DNA of 45,313 bases from Candidatus Firestoneibacteriota bacterium (GTDB taxonomy: Bacteria; Oederibacteriota; D2-FULL-39-29; JBBTED01): assembly GCA_038042445.1 (NCBI GenBank), contig JBBTED010000150.1, forward strand, positions 1 to 45,313, given 5' to 3'. The notes under the pieces were generated by a model, which ran no database searches, was not told the DNA's origin, and worked only from the letters and a program-made list of their open reading frames with translations. Positions 1 through 8,614 of the stretch are shown piece by piece. Within the stretch, counting starts at the first letter, position 1. Each line of letters begins with the position of its first letter. The position numbers were made by a program, and so were the translations under genes.

Positions 1-1317
1 TTGGGCTGTTTTTTTATTTCCTATTTTGTCCAGATAAAATTGTATTGGCTTATACCCTTTCTGTTGCAAATCTTTATTTGCAAAATCTTCAAGATATTCA
101 GCAAAAGTAAGTATTGCATTTGGCCTGCAGAATTTCTGAATTTCTCCAGGTTTGGAAAGTGACATAAAATCTTCCCCAGTTCTACCTATACGATAACATG
201 CAGTACAAAAACTTGGAAGTAATTTTTCTTTAAGTGCACTTTTTACAACTTCTTCAACAGTACTGTTATCATGAACCACAAACTGTGGATTTTTGATATT
301 TTTCCCATATCCACCTATACAAGTTACAGAAGCTGCAGAAGTTTGTGATATACCTATTTTAAATGCAATAGCTCTAAGTTTAGAACTCTCTCGCGTGCTA
401 ATTATCATACCGGTATATGGAACAGCCAATCGTAATATTGCAATAAGTTTCAAAAAATCTTTGTCAGAAACAGAAAACTCCGGATTATATGTAACTGAAG
501 GTGCAGGACAAAATCTGGGCACAGAAATTGTATGTGGACCTACTTTATGTTTTTTTTCCATATATTTAGCATGTTCTACAAGACTTAGAACCTCAAAACG
601 CCAATCATACAAACCAAAAAGAACACCAAGCCCTCTATCATCTATACCAGCTTCATAAGCTCTATTATGAGCTGTAATTTGCCTATCATAATCTGCTTTT
701 GGTCCCTTATGCAAATTTTCATAAGTTGACCGATGATATGTTTCCTGAAAAAGTTGATATGTGCCTATATTTTCTTTTTGCAATTTACGATAATTTTCCG
801 TAGTCGTAGATGCAATATTTATATTAATTCTTCTAATGTTTCCTTTAGATGTCTTAACAGAATAGATTTTTTTAATTACTTCAATCACATAATCTATAGG
901 ATTATTAACAACATCTTCACCAAATTCAAGAAGCACTCTCTTATGCCCCATATTAATTAAAATTTTTACTTGCTCTTCCAATTCTTCTAAAGTTAATCTC
1001 GTTCTTTTTAATTCTTTATTTTTTGTATGAAAATTGCAATATGCACAATCATTTACGCAAAAATCTGAAACATATAAGGGTGCAAAAAATACTAATCTCT
1101 CCCCATAAATTTCATTTTTAATATCAGCCGCAGTTTTAAACAATTCTTTTTCAAATTCTTTAGTTTTCAGATTAACCAAAAAACTTACTTCTTCTAATTC
1201 TAAACCTTTCTTTTTTTTAGCCTTACTTAAAATATCAGATATCATTTTAAAAGAAGGATTTTTTGTTTTTGTCAATACACTGTTTATCTTTTTTTCATTG
1301 ATTATTTCTTGTGCCAT
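1..1317 (-). CDS. hydG: [FeFe]-hydrogenase maturation radical SAM protein HydG (3' end runs off the window; not in ORF track)
   Basis: Hand translation from ATG at 1317 (GGAGG upstream): FAPLYVSDFCVNDCAYCNF (CxxxCxxC), YQLFQETYH, GPHTISVPR, and C-terminal CTAC-x22-C, which separates HydG from ThiH. Confidence 0.9.
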   Translation of the reverse strand, partial: MAQEIINEKKINSVLTKTKNPSFKMISDILSKAKKKKGLELEEVSFLVNLKTKEFEKELFKTAADIKNEIYGERLVFFAPLYVSDFCVNDCAYCNFHTKNKELKRTRLTLEELEEQVKILINMGHKRVLLEFGEDVVNNPIDYVIEVIKKIYSVKTSKGNIRRININIASTTTENYRKLQKENIGTYQLFQETYHRSTYENLHKGPKADYDRQITAHNRAYEAGIDDRGLGVLFGLYDWRFEVLSLVEHAKYMEKKHKVGPHTISVPRFCPAPSVTYNPEFSVSDKDFLKLIAILRLAVPYTGMIISTRESSKLRAIAFKIGISQTSAASVTCIGGYGKNIKNPQFVVHDNSTVEEVVKSALKEKLLPSFCTACYRIGRTGEDFMSLSKPGEIQKFCRPNAILTFAEYLEDFANKDLQQKGYKPIQFYLDKIGNKKTAQ

Positions 1318-1807
1318 AGCCCTCCAATTTAACAATTTTTTTAATTAAATTTGTTGTTGAATACCCTTTAATCATCGGTATTGTCATAACTTTTCCACCA
1401 TAAGATTCCACAATATCTTTACCAAGAACTTTATCAATAGACCAATCTCCACCTTTAATCAATACATCTGGTTTTAATTCGGACACAACTTTTATAGGAT
1501 CTGATTCTGCAAATATAACTATATAATCTACAAATGAAAATGCTGATAAAATTTCCGCCCTTTCTTTTTCTGGATAAACAGGTCTTAATTCCCCTTTAAT
1601 CTTTTTAATTGAACTATCGCTGTTTATTGCAACTATCAATATATCCGCAAGTTTTTTAGCCGCTTTTAAATATCTTATGTGTCCTATATGAAGCAAATCA
1701 AAACAGCCATTGGTAAAAACAACTTTTTTACCCTTTTGTCTCTCAAAACCAATTATTTTTTTTAGTTTATCAAGTAATTTTAACTTTGATAACGTTTTTG
1801 ATTTCAT
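1295..1807 (-). CDS. hldC: D-glycero-beta-D-manno-heptose 1-phosphate adenylyltransferase (RfaE domain II)
   Basis: VFTNGCFDLLHIGH and KGGDW motifs; next to heptose kinase and gmhA. Confidence 0.92.
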   Translation of the reverse strand: MKSKTLSKLKLLDKLKKIIGFERQKGKKVVFTNGCFDLLHIGHIRYLKAAKKLADILIVAINSDSSIKKIKGELRPVYPEKERAEILSAFSFVDYIVIFAESDPIKVVSELKPDVLIKGGDWSIDKVLGKDIVESYGGKVMTIPMIKGYSTTNLIKKIVKLEGYGTRNNQ

Positions 1808-2759
1808 TTATACTCACAGACGCAGCACCTAATTTACCAACTACAATACCTGCAGCAAAATTGGCTAAATTCGCAGCATCTTTCATTGAAGCTTTTGCAG
1901 CAAGAGCTAATGACAAAACACTTACAACTGTATCACCAGCACCTGTAACATCGTAAACTTCCTGTGCAATAGTAGGAATATGTGTAATTTTATCAGTTGC
2001 ATTTTTCTCAAATAATGTCATCCCATATTCACCCCGGGTAATAAGCACAGCATCACAATTAAGATGAGATAACAACTCTTTTCCCACTTTTTTTAAAGTT
2101 TCTTCATCTCTTATTGGTAACCCTACAGATTCCGCAGCTTCTTTTGCATTTGGAGTAATTACTGTAACACCTTTATAATGCAAACAATATTTAGGCTTTG
2201 GATCAACTACTATTGGTTTATTCTTTGACCTACATAATTTTATTACCTCTGCTAAAAGATGTGGAGTAAGAACACCTTTATCATAGTCTGACATAACAAC
2301 TGCCTGAACATTTTTAATATTATCAACAATAAATTTTAAAATAGCATTAGCAGTAACTCTGTTTATTGACGTCTTTACTTCATTATCAATTCTCACTACC
2401 TGCTGATTTTTTGCAATAACTCTTGTTTTAACTGTAGTAGGTCTATTAGCTTCAATTATTATACCATTAACATTTACATTGTTCTTTTTAAGTTTTTCTG
2501 TTAGTTGTTCACCCCATCTATCATTTCCTATAACACCTGCAATACAAACATTTCCACCTAAATTTTTTATCTGTGTAGCAACATAAGCACAACCACCAGG
2601 AAGAAAAGTTTGCTTACTCACTTCAATAATTGGCACAGGCGCTTCAGGAGAAATTCTTGAAACATTACCCCATACATATTCATCAAGAATTAAATCTCCA
2701 ACTACAAGAATTTGCTTGCCTTTTATTTTATCCAGTATTGCATTTAATCTGTTTCGCAT
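1770..2759 (-). CDS. hldA: D-glycero-beta-D-manno-heptose 7-phosphate kinase (RfaE domain I)
   Basis: GDLILDEY, RISPEAPVP, SDYDKG and VYDVTGAGDTV PfkB-type motifs. Confidence 0.93.
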   Translation of the reverse strand: MRNRLNAILDKIKGKQILVVGDLILDEYVWGNVSRISPEAPVPIIEVSKQTFLPGGCAYVATQIKNLGGNVCIAGVIGNDRWGEQLTEKLKKNNVNVNGIIIEANRPTTVKTRVIAKNQQVVRIDNEVKTSINRVTANAILKFIVDNIKNVQAVVMSDYDKGVLTPHLLAEVIKLCRSKNKPIVVDPKPKYCLHYKGVTVITPNAKEAAESVGLPIRDEETLKKVGKELLSHLNCDAVLITRGEYGMTLFEKNATDKITHIPTIAQEVYDVTGAGDTVVSVLSLALAAKASMKDAANLANFAAGIVVGKLGAASVSINEIKNVIKVKIT

Positions 2760-3328
2760 AATGAACTCTCCACTAAATCACAAAGTATATGCCCAATTGT
2801 AATGTGACATTCCTGAATCCTATATGTTTTATCACTTGGGATTTTTATACATATATCCACTATTGAATTAAGTTTTCCTCCGGATTTCCCAGTAAAAGCA
2901 ATTGTTTTTGCACCAATTTTATTTGCTTTTTCAATAGCTTTTATTACATTTGCTGAATTTCCGCTTGTAGAAAACCCTATTACAACATCTTTCTTAGTTA
3001 CCAACGCTTCTACCTGTCTTGCAAATACTGTATCATATCCATAATCATTTGCAAGGGCAGTCAAAACAGATGTATCAGTAGATAAAGAAATTGCAGGAAT
3101 GGCTTTTCTCTCTCTCATAAATCTGCCAACTAATTCACCTGCTATATGCTGAGCATCAGCAGCACTTCCGCCATTTCCACAAAGTACAACCTTTCCACCT
3201 GCCTTACAAATTTTAATAAGAAGATTTGCAAGCTTTTTAATATCCCCACTTAAACTTTTTGCAACTTGATTTTTCAACCTTGAACTTTCAATCAAACCAT
3301 CTTTTATCTTTTTTTCAATTTTATCCAT
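2744..3328 (-). CDS. gmhA: Phosphoheptose (sedoheptulose-7-P) isomerase
   Basis: CGNGGSAADAQH, ANDYGYDTVFARQV, STSGNS, RIQECH; start moved to ATG 3328 behind GGAGGG. Confidence 0.95.
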   Translation of the reverse strand: MDKIEKKIKDGLIESSRLKNQVAKSLSGDIKKLANLLIKICKAGGKVVLCGNGGSAADAQHIAGELVGRFMRERKAIPAISLSTDTSVLTALANDYGYDTVFARQVEALVTKKDVVIGFSTSGNSANVIKAIEKANKIGAKTIAFTGKSGGKLNSIVDICIKIPSDKTYRIQECHITIGHILCDLVESSLCETD

Positions 3329-3365
3329 ATTTAAACCCTCCATTTTTTTAATATAACAAGTCAGC

Positions 3366-3423
3366 TGTCACCCTGAACTTGTTTCAGGGTCTCAAGAGAT
3401 GCTGAAATAAATTCAGCATGACA
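3366..3423. repeat. TGTCA...TGACA double-hairpin repeat
   Basis: TGTCACCCTGAACTTGTTTCAGGGTCTC-AA-GAGATGCTGAAATAAATTCAGCATGACA; near-identical to 16969-17041. Confidence 0.9.
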
Positions 3424-3434
3424 ATTTGGCATAC

Positions 3435-4847
3435 TTAAATTGCCTTATGTTGCACAAAACGTTTACTCATATCCACAAAATCATTATAATCTATTTCCCC
3501 TTTCTTGAGTTTTTTATTTTTGAGTAAAGGTAGTATTGTTTTTACCCGCTTTTTATTAAATCTCTCTAATTCTACAATCAATTCATTTTTTAATTTGTTT
3601 TTTAATTTTGGGTTTTCTTTTGCTATATTTTTTATTTCATAAGGATCTGTTTCTAAATCAAAAAGTTCTTCTTCTCCATTTGGCCAAAAAGTATATTTGT
3701 AACGTCGTGTTGCCCAACACAATGCATTACCATGAGTTGTAGAAATTAACACACCTTTACGGGATTTTCCATTTTCATCCAGTAGTTTTAAAATACTTTC
3801 TCCCTGACATTGCACAGGTATCTTTTGTTCACAAAAATCCAATAAAGTAGGAACAAAATCTAATATGCTAACTGGAATACTAGATAATCCTTTTGGTATT
3901 CCTGGTCCCTTTATTATCAAAGGTATACGTGCTGAAGATTCGTAAGCAAAAAATTTCATAAACAAATTGTGATCACCTAAAAAATCTCCATGGTCACTAG
4001 AAAAAACTATAAGTGTGTCTTTTTCTAAATTTGATTCTTCCAATGTAGCAATAATTCTACCTATTTCATAATCGATTTGGGCAACCAAACCAAGATAATG
4101 AGCACGAATCTGTCTTATGTCTATCTTATTACTTATTTTTGCATATCCAACTGCTTGTGCCCATAAACGCACTACTTCAGGATAATCTTTCCAAGGCCGT
4201 TTTAAACCAATAGGCAAAGGCGTATCTTTCGAATTAACAAGTTTTGACCAAGAAGCAACAGGGTCATACGGTGGATGAGGTTTAACAAAAGACGTAACCA
4301 AATAAAAAGGTCGTGATGTATTCTTTTGCTTCTTCAAAAATTTAATTGCCTGCTCTGAATTCCAATGTGTAACTGTTTTATTCTTTGGCAAATAGTTTTC
4401 TACTGAAAGAATATCATAATTATCTAACCCATGACTCCATTCCATATATCCCTGCTTTGCTAACCAAGGATGATAATCATCTAAAAACATACCAGTGCCT
4501 GTATCTTCTGATAAAATTAATTCTTTAAATCCGTATGGTCCTCTTGTAGGAAACATATGCATCTTTCCTAATGCAGCAGTATTAAATCCAGCATTGGAAA
4601 GTATATCAGCAATAGTTAAAACAGAAGAAGGTATTTGTAAAGGACAGGTTAAAGAATGCATACCAGTCAACATAGTCATTCTTGCAGGAACACACATAGG
4701 AGATGGTGTATAAGCCTTTGTAAATACTAATCCATTTTTAGCTAAAGAATCAATATTCGGTGTTATATTAGGACCACCATATACTCCTAAAAAATCAGCA
4801 CGCAACTGATCACATAATATTAAAAGTACATTTTTAAAACGTTTCAT
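3435..4847 (-). CDS. Formylglycine-dependent (Cys-type) sulfatase
   Basis: ILCDQLRAD, CVPARMTMLTG (CxPxR), GKMH, PHPP and SDHG motifs. Confidence 0.9.
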   Translation of the reverse strand: MKRFKNVLLILCDQLRADFLGVYGGPNITPNIDSLAKNGLVFTKAYTPSPMCVPARMTMLTGMHSLTCPLQIPSSVLTIADILSNAGFNTAALGKMHMFPTRGPYGFKELILSEDTGTGMFLDDYHPWLAKQGYMEWSHGLDNYDILSVENYLPKNKTVTHWNSEQAIKFLKKQKNTSRPFYLVTSFVKPHPPYDPVASWSKLVNSKDTPLPIGLKRPWKDYPEVVRLWAQAVGYAKISNKIDIRQIRAHYLGLVAQIDYEIGRIIATLEESNLEKDTLIVFSSDHGDFLGDHNLFMKFFAYESSARIPLIIKGPGIPKGLSSIPVSILDFVPTLLDFCEQKIPVQCQGESILKLLDENGKSRKGVLISTTHGNALCWATRRYKYTFWPNGEEELFDLETDPYEIKNIAKENPKLKNKLKNELIVELERFNKKRVKTILPLLKNKKLKKGEIDYNDFVDMSKRFVQHKAI

Positions 4848-4860
4848 AAATATTCACTTT

Positions 4861-4957
4861 TTGTCATTCCCAACTTGATTGGGAATCCAGTGTCTCATAC
4901 TATATAATGTTTTATTAAAGACTCTGGATTCCCGCTTACTACATGCGGGAATGACAA
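4861..4957. repeat. TGTCATTCCC...GGGAATGACA double-hairpin repeat
   Basis: Arms TTGTCATTCCC..GGGAATCCAG and CTGGATTCCCGC..GCGGGAATGACAA around an AT-rich spacer. Confidence 0.85.
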
Positions 4958-4960
4958 GTT

Positions 4961-6061
4961 CTATTTACCTGCCCATAATTGCTTTGAAGTTTTAATACTC
5001 TCTTTTGTTTCTATAGCTTTACTAATCATAAGATCCAGATACCTGTCTTGTGAAGCTTCAGCCAAACTATAGAAACTTTTTCCTGTTTGGACATATTCAG
5101 CCATTTTCTTTAAAGAAGTTGCTACTGCTATTTCATCATCTGTTAATCTTGCTGGTATAAATGGATTCTTATATATCCATTCTTCACCTGCTAAAACCCC
5201 TTTGAAATACAATCCTTCTAAATTCCCATTCTCCCCTGCATTTTGTCGTCTTAATTCAAATTCAATTGGTGTTTTGAAATCTTTTAAATATTTTACTGTC
5301 GTATTGTTTATTTCTCCTCTTTCTCCACGTACAAGAACCCTGCTTGAACGAATCCATGAAAAATATTGCTCACCTGTAAAATCATAAATACCAAGTTTTT
5401 TCCCAAAATCAATATAAGCAATTGCCTGCGCAGAATTTTCTATTTTTTTCTTAGCTGGAGGGCCAGATCTCCCTGGACCTGCAATTACTGGTGATACAAA
5501 ATTACATCCTGTAATAACAGCATCTTCAAAAGTAATATTTAGCATTTTACGAATCATACTTATACCATGATATCCATGTGCTACTGAAACCTGTGCCTGT
5601 GTAATAGTTCCCAATCTTCCGGATTCAATTACAGAAATATATGCATTGTTAAGTGGCTGAAATGGATATTGCTCAGAAATCTGAACTTTTGAACCTTTTC
5701 TCTGGTTGTAAAACTTATATAACTCTATCAGATTATCCATATCTGCTGCAGGTGGAGTTTCTGATAATACTGGAATTTTACGTTCTACAAGTTGTTTTAT
5801 AACTACAGGTGTAGCTGACCATGGAACTACCGCAACTGCAAAAAGTGGATTTGAAAATTTTAAAAATTCATCGATTGTCCTAAATGTTTTTATACCCCAT
5901 TTCTTTTCTATAATTTTGCCTTTTTCTTTATCACAATCTACTATACCAAGAACATTAAAAATATCCGATAATTCTCTTGCTATTCTAAGATAAAATTCTG
6001 CTCTCCATCCCCCTCCAATAATGCCAAAATTTATTTTACCTTTTTTAAAGTTTACGCCCAT
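4961..6061 (-). CDS. Gfo/Idh/MocA family oxidoreductase
   Basis: FGIIGGGWRA Rossmann motif, VLSETPP; likely start ATG 6061 behind GGAGGAGG. Confidence 0.85.
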   Translation of the reverse strand: MGVNFKKGKINFGIIGGGWRAEFYLRIARELSDIFNVLGIVDCDKEKGKIIEKKWGIKTFRTIDEFLKFSNPLFAVAVVPWSATPVVIKQLVERKIPVLSETPPAADMDNLIELYKFYNQRKGSKVQISEQYPFQPLNNAYISVIESGRLGTITQAQVSVAHGYHGISMIRKMLNITFEDAVITGCNFVSPVIAGPGRSGPPAKKKIENSAQAIAYIDFGKKLGIYDFTGEQYFSWIRSSRVLVRGERGEINNTTVKYLKDFKTPIEFELRRQNAGENGNLEGLYFKGVLAGEEWIYKNPFIPARLTDDEIAVATSLKKMAEYVQTGKSFYSLAEASQDRYLDLMISKAIETKESIKTSKQLWAGK

Positions 6062-7109
6062 CGCGACCTCCTCCTTTACCTGAATATGACATACCGAGTT
6101 CCCAGTCACTTCTCACAGGCACTTTAAAATCATCTACAGGAAAAGCAACTTTGCAACAATGCTTACTGGACATATAAGCTCCTTCACATAATTCAAGTGC
6201 TATTAACGAACTCTGAGCAACTTTGTAATTTATATTCCCGCTATTTATCATATCTACCATATTTTCTAAATGCCGCTGATGGCCAGATATACTAAATTCA
6301 TCAGGAGTAAACATTTTCCCTTTTGGAAATTCTGAGTTTAAAATATAATATGAGTTTTCCCATCCCCAAAACTCGATTATTCCACCTGTTCCAACAAGTC
6401 TGAAAAGCGTATCCTTACCTTCACGACTAATCTTTACATCATCTCCTGTATTCATTACAACCCTAATTCCACTTTTTGTCTGAGCATAAGTTACACCTGT
6501 AGTTTCTACCTGCATCCCATCTCTAAATGTGCGAGTACTTGTTTCACATATCGCCATTACATAATCTATCGGCTCATTATTTGTTAAAGAAACAAAAAAG
6601 TTCAACCAGTGAATTCCAGCATTGATTATATCCCATTTGTTGCACTGAATCTCAACTAATCTCAATTCACCGATTTCTTTATTTCCAACTCTATTTATAA
6701 TTTCTACAGGCACCTTTTTAACAAGTAATCCATGAGGAACAGCCATTGGTAGTTTTTTCGCTTTTATTGCATTTAATATATTACACCCAGATTTAGCAGT
6801 ATGACCTAAAGGCTTTTCTACAAGTATGCCTTTAAGAGGAAGAAGTTCTAAAGCATCCATTGTTACAGATTCATGTGAAGGCGCCCAGGTACTTACACAA
6901 ACCACATCTGTAGGACAAGCTTTAAACATCTCTTTGTAATTTGTAAAAGCCTTTACACCTGAGAATTCTTTTTCTAAAGATTGACATACATCCTGACGCA
7001 TATCAGTTACTGCTACTAATTCAAAAAACTCTGAATTGCGTAAAGCATTTATACTCAATTTTCCACCAGTTCCACCACCAACTACACTTGCTGTTAATTT
7101 CTTACCCAT
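6045..7109 (-). CDS. Gfo/Idh/MocA family oxidoreductase
   Basis: VVGGGTGG, VEKPLG, DIINAGIH; likely start ATG 7109 behind AAAGGGGG. Confidence 0.85.
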   Translation of the reverse strand: MGKKLTASVVGGGTGGKLSINALRNSEFFELVAVTDMRQDVCQSLEKEFSGVKAFTNYKEMFKACPTDVVCVSTWAPSHESVTMDALELLPLKGILVEKPLGHTAKSGCNILNAIKAKKLPMAVPHGLLVKKVPVEIINRVGNKEIGELRLVEIQCNKWDIINAGIHWLNFFVSLTNNEPIDYVMAICETSTRTFRDGMQVETTGVTYAQTKSGIRVVMNTGDDVKISREGKDTLFRLVGTGGIIEFWGWENSYYILNSEFPKGKMFTPDEFSISGHQRHLENMVDMINSGNINYKVAQSSLIALELCEGAYMSSKHCCKVAFPVDDFKVPVRSDWELGMSYSGKGGGRDGRKL

Positions 7110-7137
7110 TATACGTCCCCCTTTCATATATTATTGT

Positions 7138-7169
7138 TTGTAGGGAACGGTCGCGACCGTTCCCTACAA
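7138..7169. repeat. Perfect 32-bp GTAG...CTAC palindrome (REP-like)
   Basis: TTGTAGGGAACGGTCGCGACCGTTCCCTACAA is its own reverse complement. Confidence 0.9.
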
Positions 7170-7177
7170 TAATTTTA

Positions 7178-7186
7178 ATTATATCA
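7178..7186 (-). promoter_or_regulatory. Extended -10 promoter for the oxidoreductase-sulfatase operon
   Basis: TG-A-TATAAT on the minus strand upstream of 7109. Confidence 0.55.
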
Positions 7187-7218
7187 CACACCTTTTTATT
7201 TTTGCATAAAATTTTATT

Positions 7219-7380
7219 CTATATGCGCTTTTTATATTCATTGCAATCTTTTACATTAGGCCTATTTGAATTATTGCAAGCCTTAGGATAATCATATTTA
7301 CAGGTATCACAAAGGAATTCATCTTTTGCAAAGGCAAAAAATGCTCTTATTTTTTGTAGAATAGAATTTATGAATTTCAC
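7219..7380 (-). CDS. Unannotated 53-aa four-cysteine protein
   Basis: Hand translation from GTG: MKFINSILQKIRAFFAFAKDEFLCDTCKYDYPKACNNSNRPNVKDCNEYKKRI; AAGGGGG 8 nt upstream; same strand as dinB. Confidence 0.7.
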   Translation of the reverse strand: MKFINSILQKIRAFFAFAKDEFLCDTCKYDYPKACNNSNRPNVKDCNEYKKRI

Positions 7381-7384
7381 CTAA

Positions 7385-7418
7385 AAATCCCCCTTAATCC
7401 CCCTTTTTCAAAGGGGGA
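7385..7418. repeat. CCCCC-TTT/AAA-GGGGG family element
   Basis: AAATCCCCCTTAATCCCCCTTTTTCAAAGGGGGA; about a dozen relatives in the window. Confidence 0.85.
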
Positions 7419-7462
7419 AATATAACTGTAAAACCACTAAATTTTCTGAAGCCTTTTGTTAA

Positions 7463-8611
7463 TTATATAGAATGTGTTATTATATCCCTGCCGAATTTCG
7501 CACGGATTTCTTCGGCAACCTCAATTGCCTTATGTTTTTTCTCTAAATTATAATTAAAAAATGAAAGCTGTGCAGATTCCTGTGATTTTAAAAAATTGGA
7601 AGTAGACACTCCAATTAATCTGATTTTCTTTCCTTTTATGTTTTCTTTCTCAAGTAAAAATTTCGCAATCTCATAAATTTCATTTGCAAAATCAGTTGGA
7701 ACATCTAACGTTTTACTTCTCGTAATTGTGGTAAAATCATGATGTCTCAATTTCAAAGTTATTGTCTTTCCTAAAACTTTATTTTTACGCAAACTATACG
7801 CAACTTCAGAAGACAAAGTATGAAGCTCCCCTTTTAATTTTTCTATATCTGCAGTGTCAAATTGAAATGTAGTTTCACGACCAATAGATTTTGGCTCATA
7901 ACAAGCAATAACAGGACTTTCATCTATACCTAAAGAAAGTTTATGTAAACTTTCACCCTGTTTTCCAAATTTTTTCGCTAACTTTTCAACAGAATACACA
8001 GCAAGTTCACCAATTGTTGAAATTCCTAAATTTGTCAATTGAATCTCTGTAACTTTGCCAACACCCCAGAGTTTTCCAATTGGCAAATCTTTCAAAAATT
8101 CCATCTCTTTTCCTTTTTCTACAACGGTAAACCCATCAGGTTTATGTAAATCAGAAGCTATTTTAGCAACAAATTTGTTTGAAGCTATACCAACAGAAAG
8201 TGTTAGATGCACTTTATCCACAATCTCCTGTTTTATCATTGCACCGATTTTACAAACATCACCAAATAACATTTTACTATTAGTAATATCTAAAAAAGCT
8301 TCATCTAAAGATATTGCCTCTACAAGAGGTGTCCATTTATGAAAAATCTGCATTATTTCATCTGAAGCTTTGATGTATTTATCCATATTTACAGGAAGAA
8401 AAACTGCACTGGGACATAGCCTATATGCTTTAGCAAGTGGCATTGCAGAATGAACACCATATTTTCTTGCCTCATACGAAGATGCAGAAACAACTCCACG
8501 TTGGTTTGGATTTCCCCCAACAATAACAGGTCTGCCTTTTAATTTAAGATCATCACGTTGTTCAACAGATGCATAAAAAGCATCCATATCCGCATGGATT
8601 ATATCAGGCAT
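7463..8611 (-). CDS. dinB: DNA polymerase IV
   Basis: HADMDAFYASVE, SYEARKYGV, SLDEAFLD, KPDG; clamp motif QLSFF. Confidence 0.96.
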   Translation of the reverse strand: MPDIIHADMDAFYASVEQRDDLKLKGRPVIVGGNPNQRGVVSASSYEARKYGVHSAMPLAKAYRLCPSAVFLPVNMDKYIKASDEIMQIFHKWTPLVEAISLDEAFLDITNSKMLFGDVCKIGAMIKQEIVDKVHLTLSVGIASNKFVAKIASDLHKPDGFTVVEKGKEMEFLKDLPIGKLWGVGKVTEIQLTNLGISTIGELAVYSVEKLAKKFGKQGESLHKLSLGIDESPVIACYEPKSIGRETTFQFDTADIEKLKGELHTLSSEVAYSLRKNKVLGKTITLKLRHHDFTTITRSKTLDVPTDFANEIYEIAKFLLEKENIKGKKIRLIGVSTSNFLKSQESAQLSFFNYNLEKKHKAIEVAEEIRAKFGRDIITHSI

Positions 8612-8614
8612 AAT

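Noticed and set aside
293..960. Plus-strand ORFs 293-658 and 733-960
   Set aside because: Antisense shadows of hydG, with no recognisable motifs
1..1317. ThiH or BioB assignment
   Set aside because: The C-terminal CX2CX22C and GPHTISVPR motifs indicate HydG
7385..7418. CCCCC/GGGGG and REP hairpins as intrinsic terminators
   Set aside because: Most lack a U-tract on the coding strand and sit just before start codons; a termination role for some copies cannot be excluded
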